From positions 1 through 41,899 of the forward strand of contig CAZKIN010000005.1 in NCBI GenBank assembly GCA_964552515.1: a stretch of 41,899 nt of DNA. Reading direction: 5' to 3'. This stretch comes from an uncultured Phycisphaeraceae bacterium. GTDB taxonomy: Bacteria > Planctomycetota > Phycisphaerae > UBA1845. Made by a program: the position numbers and the translations under genes. Positions 13,828 to 21,719 of this stretch are shown here, piece after piece (positions within the stretch are counted from its first letter, which is position 1; the number at the start of each line of letters is the position of its first letter). The notes under the pieces were generated by a model. The model worked only from the letters and a program-made list of their open reading frames with translations, did no database searches and was not told where the DNA came from.

Positions 13828-14229
13828 ATGAAAAACGGCTGGAAAACAAGGATGTTTCGTGTGTGCCACGCAGTGGCACTGTTCTTGGTGTCGGGATGCC
13901 TGGCGGGTTGCAGTGACCGCAATCAGACACAAGACGTGCTGTCGGCACTCGAACGCGGGCAGGCCGCCGGCGAGCTGGTGCTGACCAGCAACGGACGGGT
14001 CGGAGTCGGGCAGGCGACGAGCTTCTGGCTCGGCGCGGAACAAGCCTCGGTGAGCTTCTCGGGGCGGGTGAATTACTCCGGGGAAGGCACGGAGGCACAG
14101 AGGCACGGAGGCACGGAGGGTGCGGTTCCGCCAGCGGCCCCGGCGACGGGCGTGCGTCTGCCAGGCGAAGCGGTGAAACCCACTCCGACGCAGGTGCCCA
14201 GCGGGATTTCCACGACGGTGGTTCCGTAG
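13828..14229 (+). CDS. Lipoprotein (133 aa)
   Basis: AAAGGAG precedes the ATG at 13828. Signal peptide with lipobox LAGC (MFRVCHAVALFLVSGCLAGCSD). Pro/Thr-rich C terminus. Confidence 0.7.
   Translation: MKNGWKTRMFRVCHAVALFLVSGCLAGCSDRNQTQDVLSALERGQAAGELVLTSNGRVGVGQATSFWLGAEQASVSFSGRVNYSGEGTEAQRHGGTEGAVPPAAPATGVRLPGEAVKPTPTQVPSGISTTVVP
14083..14119 (+). repeat. Octamer tandem array GGCACGGA/GGCACAGA x4 inside the lipoprotein CDS
   Basis: Translated as EGTEAQRHGGTEG. The unit length of 8 is not a multiple of 3. Confidence 0.8.
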
Positions 14230-14240
14230 CCCGGATTCAC

Positions 14241-14265
14241 CACAGAGTCGCAGAGAACGCGGGAG
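14241..14265 (+). repeat. Related purine-rich short repeat (CACAGAG TCGCAGAG AACGCGGGAG)
   Basis: Intergenic; ends 7 nt before the ATG at 14273. Confidence 0.4.
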
Positions 14266-14272
14266 AAAAACG

Positions 14273-14551
14273 ATGTCGGCGGTGTTCAAGAATCTCCGTG
14301 TGAAACGCTTCGACGGGCCATTCGACTGGCAGCGATTCTGGGCGGCGGTCGGAGTGATCGAAACGATCGGGATCGTCGTCCTGTGCGTGTGGGTTCTGGC
14401 GGGCTGCATTCGGCCTACGTTCGCACTGGTGAATATCGAGGCTTCGAAGCCGCAACGAACGGCGGTCGAAGTGCCAGAAAACAGCCAGCAAGCCGCGCCT
14501 GACGGCGATGCTTTGGAGAATGACCCGCGATGGAACCAGTTGAAAAAATAG
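14273..14551 (+). CDS. Single-pass membrane protein (92 aa), lysis-cassette candidate
   Basis: TM segment AAVGVIETIGIVVLCVWVLAG with a hydrophilic C terminus. Confidence 0.5.
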   Translation: MSAVFKNLRVKRFDGPFDWQRFWAAVGVIETIGIVVLCVWVLAGCIRPTFALVNIEASKPQRTAVEVPENSQQAAPDGDALENDPRWNQLKK

Positions 14552-14760
14552 GGTTCTGGCTGCGGTGCCTGCGGGTGCTGAAAAGCACCGCGGTGCGCAA
14601 CGCGCTTGGCACCGTTTTGGCCGCGTTCGGCGTCGAGTTCGGCATCGGAATCGATGACACGACCGCGACGCTGTTGATCAGTGTCACCGTCTCCGCCCTG
14701 CTCAATAAGTTCATCGACAAGAAAATTCAGCCGGCGGCGGACCTGACGAAGGCCACGTAA
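14530..14760 (+). CDS. Holin-like small membrane protein (76 aa)
   Basis: Two hydrophobic segments (GTVLAAFGVEFGIGI and ATLLISVTVSALL) and a charged C terminus. Layout resembles r1t-type holins from memory. Confidence 0.4.
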   Translation: MEPVEKIGFWLRCLRVLKSTAVRNALGTVLAAFGVEFGIGIDDTTATLLISVTVSALLNKFIDKKIQPAADLTKAT

Positions 14761-14765
14761 GCACC

Positions 14766-14781
14766 GCCCGCACAAGCGGGC
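14766..14781 (+). repeat. Member of the CCCGC-loop-GCGGG stem-loop family (GCCCGC-ACAA-GCGGGC)
   Basis: Intergenic between 14760 and 14798. Confidence 0.6.
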
Positions 14782-14797
14782 TTGATGGAGGACACGG

Positions 14798-15226
14798 ATG
14801 TCCAAGAAAACAAAAACGAAAGCGAAGCCAGAGAGCGCGGAGTGCTCGGAAAAAGTCCTGGCGATTCGGGCCAAGGCACTTATCGCCACGCTGCAACTGG
14901 CCGAGTCGGAAGCAGCCCTGGGCGAACGCCCGGCAAAGCCGGTCACCGCCCGCGAACTCGCCGAACCCATCGGCGCGCACGGCAAGGACGCGGAAGTGCT
15001 CCGCCGCCGCGTGCGCGAGGCGGCGGCCTATGCCCGCGAAGTCCTGGGCGAAATGGTCTGTGCGAACGGTGATGGCTACTGGCTCGCCCGCGAGGCGGCG
15101 GAATACACGATGTACGAAGAGCACCGCCGGGCGAACACGCGGTTCGCTTTTGTCGCCGCGAAGAAACGCCGCCGCGCGGTAAGCGAAAAGAACACCGGCC
15201 AGAAACTGTTCGGAGCCAAACGGTAA
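14798..15226 (+). CDS. Hypothetical protein (142 aa), basic termini; possible DNA-binding regulator
   Basis: Lys-rich N terminus and KKRRR near the C terminus. No motif recognised. Confidence 0.5.
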   Translation: MSKKTKTKAKPESAECSEKVLAIRAKALIATLQLAESEAALGERPAKPVTARELAEPIGAHGKDAEVLRRRVREAAAYAREVLGEMVCANGDGYWLAREAAEYTMYEEHRRANTRFAFVAAKKRRRAVSEKNTGQKLFGAKR

Positions 15227-15228
15227 AC

Positions 15229-15558
15229 ATGGCCAACTCCGCCACGAAATCGTCGGGCACCCCACAAAGCATCGCAGCGGTCAACCGCCTGCAAGATGCA
15301 CGCAGCGCCATCGGCAAGATGCTCGCGGCCGCGGAGTCACGCGTGTCGCCCGAACAGCGTGTGACCGGAAGCGTGGCGGGCGACAGCGAAGGACTCGTCC
15401 GCGAGATCGCCACGGCAGTCACGCGGCACTGTCCGGGACTCACCGTGCAGATCGGTGACACGCACCTGGGTAACAACGAACGCAAGGCCGTGACGGCCTG
15501 GTGGTGTGACCCGCACAGCGGGTGTGTTGGGCAACAGGCACCGGAGAAAACAGCGTGA
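15229..15558 (+). CDS. Hypothetical protein (109 aa)
   Basis: Starts 3 nt after the previous stop. Its 3' end runs through a family stem-loop and a short repeat. Confidence 0.45.
   Translation: MANSATKSSGTPQSIAAVNRLQDARSAIGKMLAAAESRVSPEQRVTGSVAGDSEGLVREIATAVTRHCPGLTVQIGDTHLGNNERKAVTAWWCDPHSGCVGQQAPEKTA
15510..15522 (+). repeat. CCCGCACAGCGGG stem-loop followed by GGCAACAGGCACCGGAG (15530-15546)
   Basis: Same module as at intergenic sites, here within the last 16 codons of 15229..15558 and just before the GTG at 15555. Confidence 0.6.
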
Positions 15559-15911
15559 CGTTTGAAGCAGTGTCACAACTGGTGACCGGCGTGGGTGTGC
15601 CACTGGCCCTGTTCATGCTCAACGGCCTCCGCACCCAGGCGAGCAAGAGAAACACGGAGATCGACGGGCGATTTGAGAAACTCGAAACACGCATCGGTGA
15701 AATGGAAAAATCCATCGAGAGCCGCGTGCGCGACGTGGAGGACCGGAAGGCGGACAAGCAGGCATGGATGCGCGAGACCATCAACGCGGGCGCGAAAATC
15801 GACCATGTCAGCCAGCAGATTTCCGAACTCAAAGGGCGGTTTGACAGCGAGTTCGGCGTGGCGGCAGCGGTGAATCGTCTCGCGGATTCGCTCCAGGAGA
15901 GAGCACGGTGA
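15555..15911 (+). CDS. Membrane-anchored coiled-coil protein (Mu gp25/DUF2730-like or i-spanin-like)
   Basis: GTGA overlap start. TM LVTGVGVPLALFML is followed by a long heptad-like helix. Confidence 0.45.
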   Translation: MTFEAVSQLVTGVGVPLALFMLNGLRTQASKRNTEIDGRFEKLETRIGEMEKSIESRVRDVEDRKADKQAWMRETINAGAKIDHVSQQISELKGRFDSEFGVAAAVNRLADSLQERAR

Positions 15912-16219
15912 ATCAGTACAACGAAGTCAAAGCGGCGATCATCAAGAACGCGCGACGCAAGATCATGCACGCGTTCAACATCGCGCACATTCAGGGCGAA
16001 AACTCCACCGCACTATCCGGCCAAATGCTCTGCGGACTCTTCCCGGAAATGGACGGGGACTATCTGCGCAGCGACGTGTTCTACTTCGTCAAAAAGGGCT
16101 TCCTGGTACGGGTCAACATCCGCCCGAACCAGTCGTTCTTTCACATGGAATTTGAGCTGACCGGGCTGGGCAAAGAGCAGGCCGACGAAATAAACCGCGA
16201 TCCGGCATTGGACCCGTAA
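15908..16219 (+). CDS. Hypothetical protein (103 aa)
   Basis: GTGA overlap start. Directly upstream of the small terminase candidate. Confidence 0.5.
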   Translation: MNQYNEVKAAIIKNARRKIMHAFNIAHIQGENSTALSGQMLCGLFPEMDGDYLRSDVFYFVKKGFLVRVNIRPNQSFFHMEFELTGLGKEQADEINRDPALDP

Positions 16220-16714
16220 ATGAGCGAAGCAGCGGACAAACTGCAGATCGAACAGACACCGGACCCGGTGCCGCGCTGGGCGCGGGACCTGGAAGCGGAA
16301 GTCTTCCTGCGCTGCAGGGACCTCATCCTGGAAGGCTGGAAGGTGCCCGACGTGATGACCCATCTGGGCATCCCGAATGAGAAACGGGCCAGCGTTTACA
16401 ACATGGCCCAGGGCTTGCAGCGGCAGCGGCGCTTCAAGCTGTACGGAGAAGTGAAGGATGGCGTGCTGAAAGGCGCGTCGGAACTGACGCCGAAGCTGAT
16501 CGAGCTGCTCAAAAAACTCGCGGACATGGCGCTGTCCGACCAGGTCAGCGAAGGGACGCAGGAACGCAGCAGCAAGCTCATGCTCGAATTCGTGCGGATG
16601 ATGATGGACACGCACAAGGGTGAAACGGACGGCGGCGGCGAAGAAAAACCGCGCATCTCCACGGAAGAAGTGGTGGAACGAATCAGCGAGATTCTGAAAG
16701 TGAAGTTGGCCTAA
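16220..16714 (+). CDS. Terminase small subunit candidate (Mu gp27-like position)
   Basis: Position immediately upstream of the large terminase. N-terminal HTH-like WKVPDVMTHLGIPNEKRASVYN. Confidence 0.5.
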   Translation: MSEAADKLQIEQTPDPVPRWARDLEAEVFLRCRDLILEGWKVPDVMTHLGIPNEKRASVYNMAQGLQRQRRFKLYGEVKDGVLKGASELTPKLIELLKKLADMALSDQVSEGTQERSSKLMLEFVRMMMDTHKGETDGGGEEKPRISTEEVVERISEILKVKLA

Positions 16715-16769
16715 AAGAAGGCACGCAGGCACAGAGGCACGAAGGCACGAAGAAGAAGGCGTAAGGCGT
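16715..16769 (+). repeat. GGCA-core tandem array filling the whole 55-nt small/large terminase spacer
   Basis: AAGAAGGCACGCAGGCACAGAGGCACGAAGGCACGAAGAAGAAGGCGTAAGGCGT, then the ATG at 16770. The strand has only 3 T residues. Confidence 0.85.
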
Positions 16770-18164
16770 ATGGCGAAAGGCAAGAACAGTCCGGTGATCG
16801 AAGTGCGGGAGCCGCAGTTTCCCACGCTCGACAATGCGCCGAATCTCGGCGGGCTGCTCTACACCCATCAGCGCCGGGCGATTGAAAGCCCACACCGATT
16901 CGGCGTGTTCAACTGGTCACGCCAGAGCGGCAAGAGTAAGGGGCTCACCCTGCGGCGCATCCTGCGCGGTATGAAACGGCGGACCAACCAGATCCTGCTG
17001 TCCAAAGGCGCACGGCAGAGCCGGGAACTGATGGACAAGGTTCGCGAGTGGCTGTCGGTGATGGATGTGCTGGCGGAGTTCGGCCAATTCGAGGACGTGT
17101 TCGAAGAGCGCAAGGAACTGGTCATGTACGTCAAACTGCCCCGGCTGGGCATGACCATCTACGCGCTGCCCGCGAATCCGGACACCGCACGCGGGTACAC
17201 CGGCGATCTGCTGCTCGACGAATTCGCGATGCACAAGGAAGGCAAGAAAATCTGGTCGGCGGCGATGCCGAGCATTGCGGCCTGCGACGGCGAGATCGAC
17301 GTGTGCAGCACGCCCAAGGGCCAGCAGAACATGTTCTACCGGCTGTGGACCAACCCCGATTACTACACCGACAAGGTCACGATCTATGACGCAGTGGCGG
17401 GCGGGTTCAAGGGTGATCCGGAAGTGCTGCGCAAAGGCGCGGTGGATGAAGACACCTGGCGGCAGGAATTCCTCTGCGAGTTCGTGGACGAAGCGACGGC
17501 GTTCCTCACCTGGGAAGAAATCCTCGCGTGCGAGGATGACGCGCTGCCGTACGAGCTTGACGTCGCGCGACTGGCCGAGTGCAAGGGCGATGTCTACATC
17601 GGGATCGACGTCGGGCGCACCACGGACCCCAGCGTGATCTGGGCATTCGAGCGTGACAGTTCGATGCTGATCAGCAAAGGCATCATTTCTCTGACCAACA
17701 TCCCATTCAAACAGCAGAACGCGATTCTCGAATCGGTGATGAATTGCCGCTGCGTGCGCCGCGCGGCGATCGACGCTTCCCCGCTTGGGAAGAAGTGGTG
17801 CGAGGACCTGCAGGAACGATATGGAGCGCACAAGGTTGAGGCGTGCACCTTCAGTGCGAGCAACAAAGAACAACTGGCCGGTGCATTTCGCGTGAAGGTG
17901 CTGGACAAAAACGTACGCATTCCGGCTCACGAGCGACTGCGCTGCGACCTGCACAGCGTCGAAAAGAGCGTCACGGCGGTAGGCAATGTGCGGCTGTCGG
18001 CCAGTCGCGATTACGGGATGCACGCGGATCAATTCTGGGCCGGTGCCCTGGCGGTGCACGCGGCGGGTGATCCAGTCGGACCGATCGAAGCGCGGTTCGC
18101 CATGCCGTTTGCGGAGCGGAAGACTTCGCAATTGGGCGGCTACGGGAGTCGGAAGGGATGGTAA
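16770..18164 (+). CDS. Terminase large subunit
   Basis: Walker A-like SRQSGKSKG and Walker B LLLDEFAMH. C-terminal nuclease-like region. 464 aa. Confidence 0.85.
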   Translation: MAKGKNSPVIEVREPQFPTLDNAPNLGGLLYTHQRRAIESPHRFGVFNWSRQSGKSKGLTLRRILRGMKRRTNQILLSKGARQSRELMDKVREWLSVMDVLAEFGQFEDVFEERKELVMYVKLPRLGMTIYALPANPDTARGYTGDLLLDEFAMHKEGKKIWSAAMPSIAACDGEIDVCSTPKGQQNMFYRLWTNPDYYTDKVTIYDAVAGGFKGDPEVLRKGAVDEDTWRQEFLCEFVDEATAFLTWEEILACEDDALPYELDVARLAECKGDVYIGIDVGRTTDPSVIWAFERDSSMLISKGIISLTNIPFKQQNAILESVMNCRCVRRAAIDASPLGKKWCEDLQERYGAHKVEACTFSASNKEQLAGAFRVKVLDKNVRIPAHERLRCDLHSVEKSVTAVGNVRLSASRDYGMHADQFWAGALAVHAAGDPVGPIEARFAMPFAERKTSQLGGYGSRKGW

Positions 18165-19237
18165 CTATGAAAGCCACCAAGGGAATGCTGGCGTGCGCGG
18201 TACCGGGCATCGCGGCCATGATGGCCATGGGGCCGGCTGCCTTCGCGAAGGCACAGGCGCAAGCAGTCGAAGAGCAAAGGGTCACGGACCCAAAGCTTCG
18301 CGCACCGTTCACCTACTTCGGCGGCAAGAGCCGCGTCGCGGATGAAATCTGGCGGCGCTTTGATGCCAGCGAAGTGCGGCTGTTCATCGAGCCGTTCTTC
18401 GGCAGTGGTGCCACTACTCTGGCAAGACCTGGTGGGGCGCACGGAACCGAAATCGCCAATGACATGGACGGCTACGTGCTGAACTTCTGGCGGTCGGTGC
18501 AGCAATATCCGGAAGTCGTCGCGCGGTACTGCAACGGGCTGGTGCACGAACTCGAACTGGAAGCGCGGCACAAATGGCTGGTCGAGCATCGCCGCAAGGC
18601 CCGGCTCGCCACCAAGCTGCGCAGCGATACGGCATGGTGCCATCCGAAACTCGCGGGCTGGTGGCTATGGGGACACAACGCCTGGATCGGCGGCGGCTTC
18701 TGTGCGGGTGAATATTTCGGCGCCGGCGATCCACGCAACAAGGGCTCGGGCGTTGAACCCAAGAACCCCGAGCACGGCGGCAAACGACCCACTGCGAAAC
18801 CCTATGGCATCATGTGCCGGCCTCCAGCTGAACGGCTCGCCTGGGTCAAAGCCTTGGCCACGCGGCTCGATCGCGTGCGGTTCCTATGTGGCGACTGGAC
18901 ACGCCCGATCACCACGGCAGTCAAGTCCAAGTGCGTCACGGCGATCCTTTTCGATCCGCCCTACTCGGCGGAAGCGGGACGCGCGAAGGAAATCTACAAC
19001 TGCGAAGACCTGGCGGTAGCGCACCGCGTGCGCAAGTGGTGCATCGAACACGATCGATTGAAACATCTCCGCATGGCGCTGTGCGGCTATGACGGCGAGC
19101 ACAACGAACTCGAACAACGTGGTTGGAAGAAATTTGCCTGGCGAGCCTCGGGCGGGTTCGGGGTCATCGCCAAAGGTCCAGGGTACACGAACCGCGAAAA
19201 AGAACGCATCTGGTTTAGTCCCTATTGCAAGGCTTAA
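18158..19237 (+). CDS. Dam-like (D12-class) N6-adenine DNA methyltransferase with ~45-aa N-terminal extension
   Basis: PFTYFGGKSR, EPFFGSGA (motif I) and LFDPPY (motif IV). Alternative starts at 18167 or further downstream. Overlaps the terminase stop. Confidence 0.85.
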   Translation: MVTMKATKGMLACAVPGIAAMMAMGPAAFAKAQAQAVEEQRVTDPKLRAPFTYFGGKSRVADEIWRRFDASEVRLFIEPFFGSGATTLARPGGAHGTEIANDMDGYVLNFWRSVQQYPEVVARYCNGLVHELELEARHKWLVEHRRKARLATKLRSDTAWCHPKLAGWWLWGHNAWIGGGFCAGEYFGAGDPRNKGSGVEPKNPEHGGKRPTAKPYGIMCRPPAERLAWVKALATRLDRVRFLCGDWTRPITTAVKSKCVTAILFDPPYSAEAGRAKEIYNCEDLAVAHRVRKWCIEHDRLKHLRMALCGYDGEHNELEQRGWKKFAWRASGGFGVIAKGPGYTNREKERIWFSPYCKA

Positions 19238-19239
19238 TC

Positions 19240-20637
19240 ATGGCGGAAAAAGGATTCATCGCATGGGGGGTTTCGGCACTGAAGTCAGTGTTCGCACCCG
19301 CGCCTGCGCCAGCGCCCGCGCCGCAGGGACAACTGGTCATCCCCAGCGCGCGGCTGGATGGATTCCGCCAGACCGTCGCCGATGCCCTGGACCTGCGGAG
19401 GCTGTCGGCCCTGCTGCGCAGCGCTGACTCGGGGCGACTCTCCGACGGCCTGCTGCTGTTCGAAGAAATGGAGCAGAAGGACGCCAACCTGCGCAGCGTG
19501 GCGGACACGCGCCGCCTGGCACTCACCGGACTGGACTGGGAAGTGGTCAGCGCGGCGGATGAACAGGCGGAAGGTATCGACCGCACCCTGGCGGATGAAG
19601 CGGCCGTGCGCGTGCGCGAAGTGCTGGGCAATCTCGCCAGCTTCGACGAGGCGCTGGAGCACCTCTCCACCGGAATCGGCCCCAATCTGGCCGTGCTGGA
19701 ACTGGTCTGGGATGCCATGAATCTGGCCCGCCTGGTTCCGGTACCATCGTGGCGACTGGTGAGTGACGGCTCTCAACCCGGCGTGGTGCGCGTGATTACC
19801 GATCAGAACCTGGACGGCATCCCAGCCACCAGCCCGAAGTTCGTGGTGCATCATCCGCACGGCGGCGGGGGTCACGGACCCAGCGGGTTCTTCCCGTTCA
19901 CCAAGGCGCTGACGAGGCCGCAGGCATTCCTGCACCTGGTCAAGCAATTCGCGACGATCGACTGGGGAACGTTCTGCACGATCTTCGGCATGCCCATCCG
20001 CGTGGCGACGTATGACGCCAGCGCGACACCGGAAGAAAAAGACACCGTCCTGGACATGCTGCAAAACCTCGGCACCAACGCGTGCGCCATGTTCAGCAAG
20101 GCGGTCACGCTGGAGATGAAGGAATCATCCCAGCGCGGCACCGCACCCTATGAAACCATCATCGCCTACTGCGGGCGCGAACAGGCGAAGCTGTTCCTGG
20201 GCGGCAACCTGACCAGCGACACCACCGGCGGGACGGGAACACTCGCGGCGGGCGCGGTGCAGAACGAAGTCCGCCAGGACCTCCGCGACGATGACATCCG
20301 CCGCGAATCGCGGACCGTGGAACGGCAGATCATCGCACCGCTCTGCAAGACACTCTTCCCTGGACAAACCGTGCCCTGTCCGAAGTTCCGCCGCGTGAAA
20401 CCGGAGACCATCGACCGCGTGCGCGAAGCCGAGCTGCTGCTCAAGGCGCAGCAACTGGGCGCGAAAATACCGCTTAAGCATGCACTCGCCCAACTGGGCA
20501 TCCCGGAACTGCAGGATGGGGAAATCGCACTGGAACCGGGACTGGATGCGTTCGGGGCGGGATTGGGAAACGAGATGATGCCCAACCGCGAAGCCACACC
20601 GGGTGATTCTCTCATTCACGCAGGAGAGGAAAAATAA
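19240..20637 (+). CDS. Portal protein, Mu gp29-like (DUF935-like)
   Basis: LRSADSGRLSDGLLLFEEMEQKDANLRSVADTRRLALTGLDWEVV resembles the gp29 family. The ATG at 19240 is 3 nt after the MTase stop. Confidence 0.8.
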   Translation: MAEKGFIAWGVSALKSVFAPAPAPAPAPQGQLVIPSARLDGFRQTVADALDLRRLSALLRSADSGRLSDGLLLFEEMEQKDANLRSVADTRRLALTGLDWEVVSAADEQAEGIDRTLADEAAVRVREVLGNLASFDEALEHLSTGIGPNLAVLELVWDAMNLARLVPVPSWRLVSDGSQPGVVRVITDQNLDGIPATSPKFVVHHPHGGGGHGPSGFFPFTKALTRPQAFLHLVKQFATIDWGTFCTIFGMPIRVATYDASATPEEKDTVLDMLQNLGTNACAMFSKAVTLEMKESSQRGTAPYETIIAYCGREQAKLFLGGNLTSDTTGGTGTLAAGAVQNEVRQDLRDDDIRRESRTVERQIIAPLCKTLFPGQTVPCPKFRRVKPETIDRVREAELLLKAQQLGAKIPLKHALAQLGIPELQDGEIALEPGLDAFGAGLGNEMMPNREATPGDSLIHAGEEK

Positions 20638-20942
20638 TGCCCCTGCGGAATCTGGATCAGGTGCAAGCTGGCGTTCACATGCTCGCGGGACGGACATTGA
20701 AACGCACCGCCAAGGATTATGGCGAGCGGACGATCGGACCACTGGTGGAAGTGCTCAAGCGGGCCAATGGATTCGAGGACTTGCAATCGCAAATGTCGCA
20801 GTCGCTTTTTACACGCATGGATCACCAGGTGGTGGCGGGCGCGATTGCCCGGACTGGTGTGCAGGCAGCACTGATTGGACGAACGGCGGCGATACCGGTG
20901 AAGAAGGCAACAGGCAACAGGCAGCAGGCAACAGGAAAATGA
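20637..20942 (+). CDS. Hypothetical head-module protein (101 aa); same frame as the Mu F-like gene, separated by one TGA
   Basis: TAATG overlap with the portal stop. The C terminus (ATGNRQQATGK) is encoded by a heptamer array. Confidence 0.5.
   Translation: MPLRNLDQVQAGVHMLAGRTLKRTAKDYGERTIGPLVEVLKRANGFEDLQSQMSQSLFTRMDHQVVAGAIARTGVQAALIGRTAAIPVKKATGNRQQATGK
20906..20935 (+). repeat. Heptamer tandem array GGCAACA x4 (one GGCAGCA)
   Basis: Same unit as at 2066-2093. Ends 4 nt before the TGA at 20940. Confidence 0.85.
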
Positions 20943-20945
20943 ACC

Positions 20946-21719
20946 GTGCCGATCAACGTCATCACCGAACGCGACTTCACGCCGCGAACCTTCGAGGAAG
21001 CGAAGGCGCACTTCGGCAAGAAGGTTCCCATGACTCACGAGGAGTTCGATCGGCTGACGCTCGAACAGCGTGCGAAGGCCTTTCGAATTGCCACCGTACA
21101 CAACGCACGGATGGTGCAGGATGCCCGCAACGTGATTGCGAAAGCGATAGACGCGGGGCAGACCTTTGCGGACTGTCGGGAAGTCTTGCTGAAGCGATTC
21201 GCGGCGGCGGACATTCCACCCCCGGCCACCTATCGCCTGCGGCAAGCTTTTCTGCAGAGCGCGCAGAAATCGTACAGCGACGCACGCTGGGCGGTGCTGA
21301 CCGATCCGGAGATACGCGAGGCGTTTCCTTACTTGCAATACAAGACATCGGGGAATGGCGTACCGGGCATCAACGGTGTGCGACCCACGCACGCAGCACT
21401 GCACGACAAGGTGTTTATGTGGGACGATCCATTTTGGGGAAAGTTCCGGCCGCCGTGGGAGCACAACTGTCATTGCAAGGTGCGATCGATGACGCCCGGA
21501 CAAATGATTGCGGGCGGGCACACGCTGTGGACTTACGTGGGCGGCATGGTTGTTCCGGCGCGGCGACAGCCGAGCGCGAAAGCCGCCCAGGCGAAAGAAG
21601 AACCGTTTGCCCTGAAACCCAACCCGAACTACTCGATCGAGTCGGGTGACCTGGATTTGTCAGCGCTGGACCCGGACCTCCGGGCCGCTGTCGAGGACCG
21701 GCTGAAAGCCGGATTGTGA
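20946..21719 (+). CDS. Mu F-like (gp30/SPP1 gp7 family) head morphogenesis protein
   Basis: VRPTHAALHDKVFMWDDPFWGKFRPPWEHNCHCKV is the characteristic F-family motif. Confidence 0.8.
   Translation: MPINVITERDFTPRTFEEAKAHFGKKVPMTHEEFDRLTLEQRAKAFRIATVHNARMVQDARNVIAKAIDAGQTFADCREVLLKRFAAADIPPPATYRLRQAFLQSAQKSYSDARWAVLTDPEIREAFPYLQYKTSGNGVPGINGVRPTHAALHDKVFMWDDPFWGKFRPPWEHNCHCKVRSMTPGQMIAGGHTLWTYVGGMVVPARRQPSAKAAQAKEEPFALKPNPNYSIESGDLDLSALDPDLRAAVEDRLKAGL

Noticed and set aside
13204-14229. A single 341-aa ORF spanning 13204..14229.
   Set aside because: Its first 200 codons run through a strong stem-loop, the Lar-like gene (in another frame) and the tRNA. Only the last 133 codons, starting at ATG 13828 with AAAGGAG and a lipoprotein signal, look genuine.
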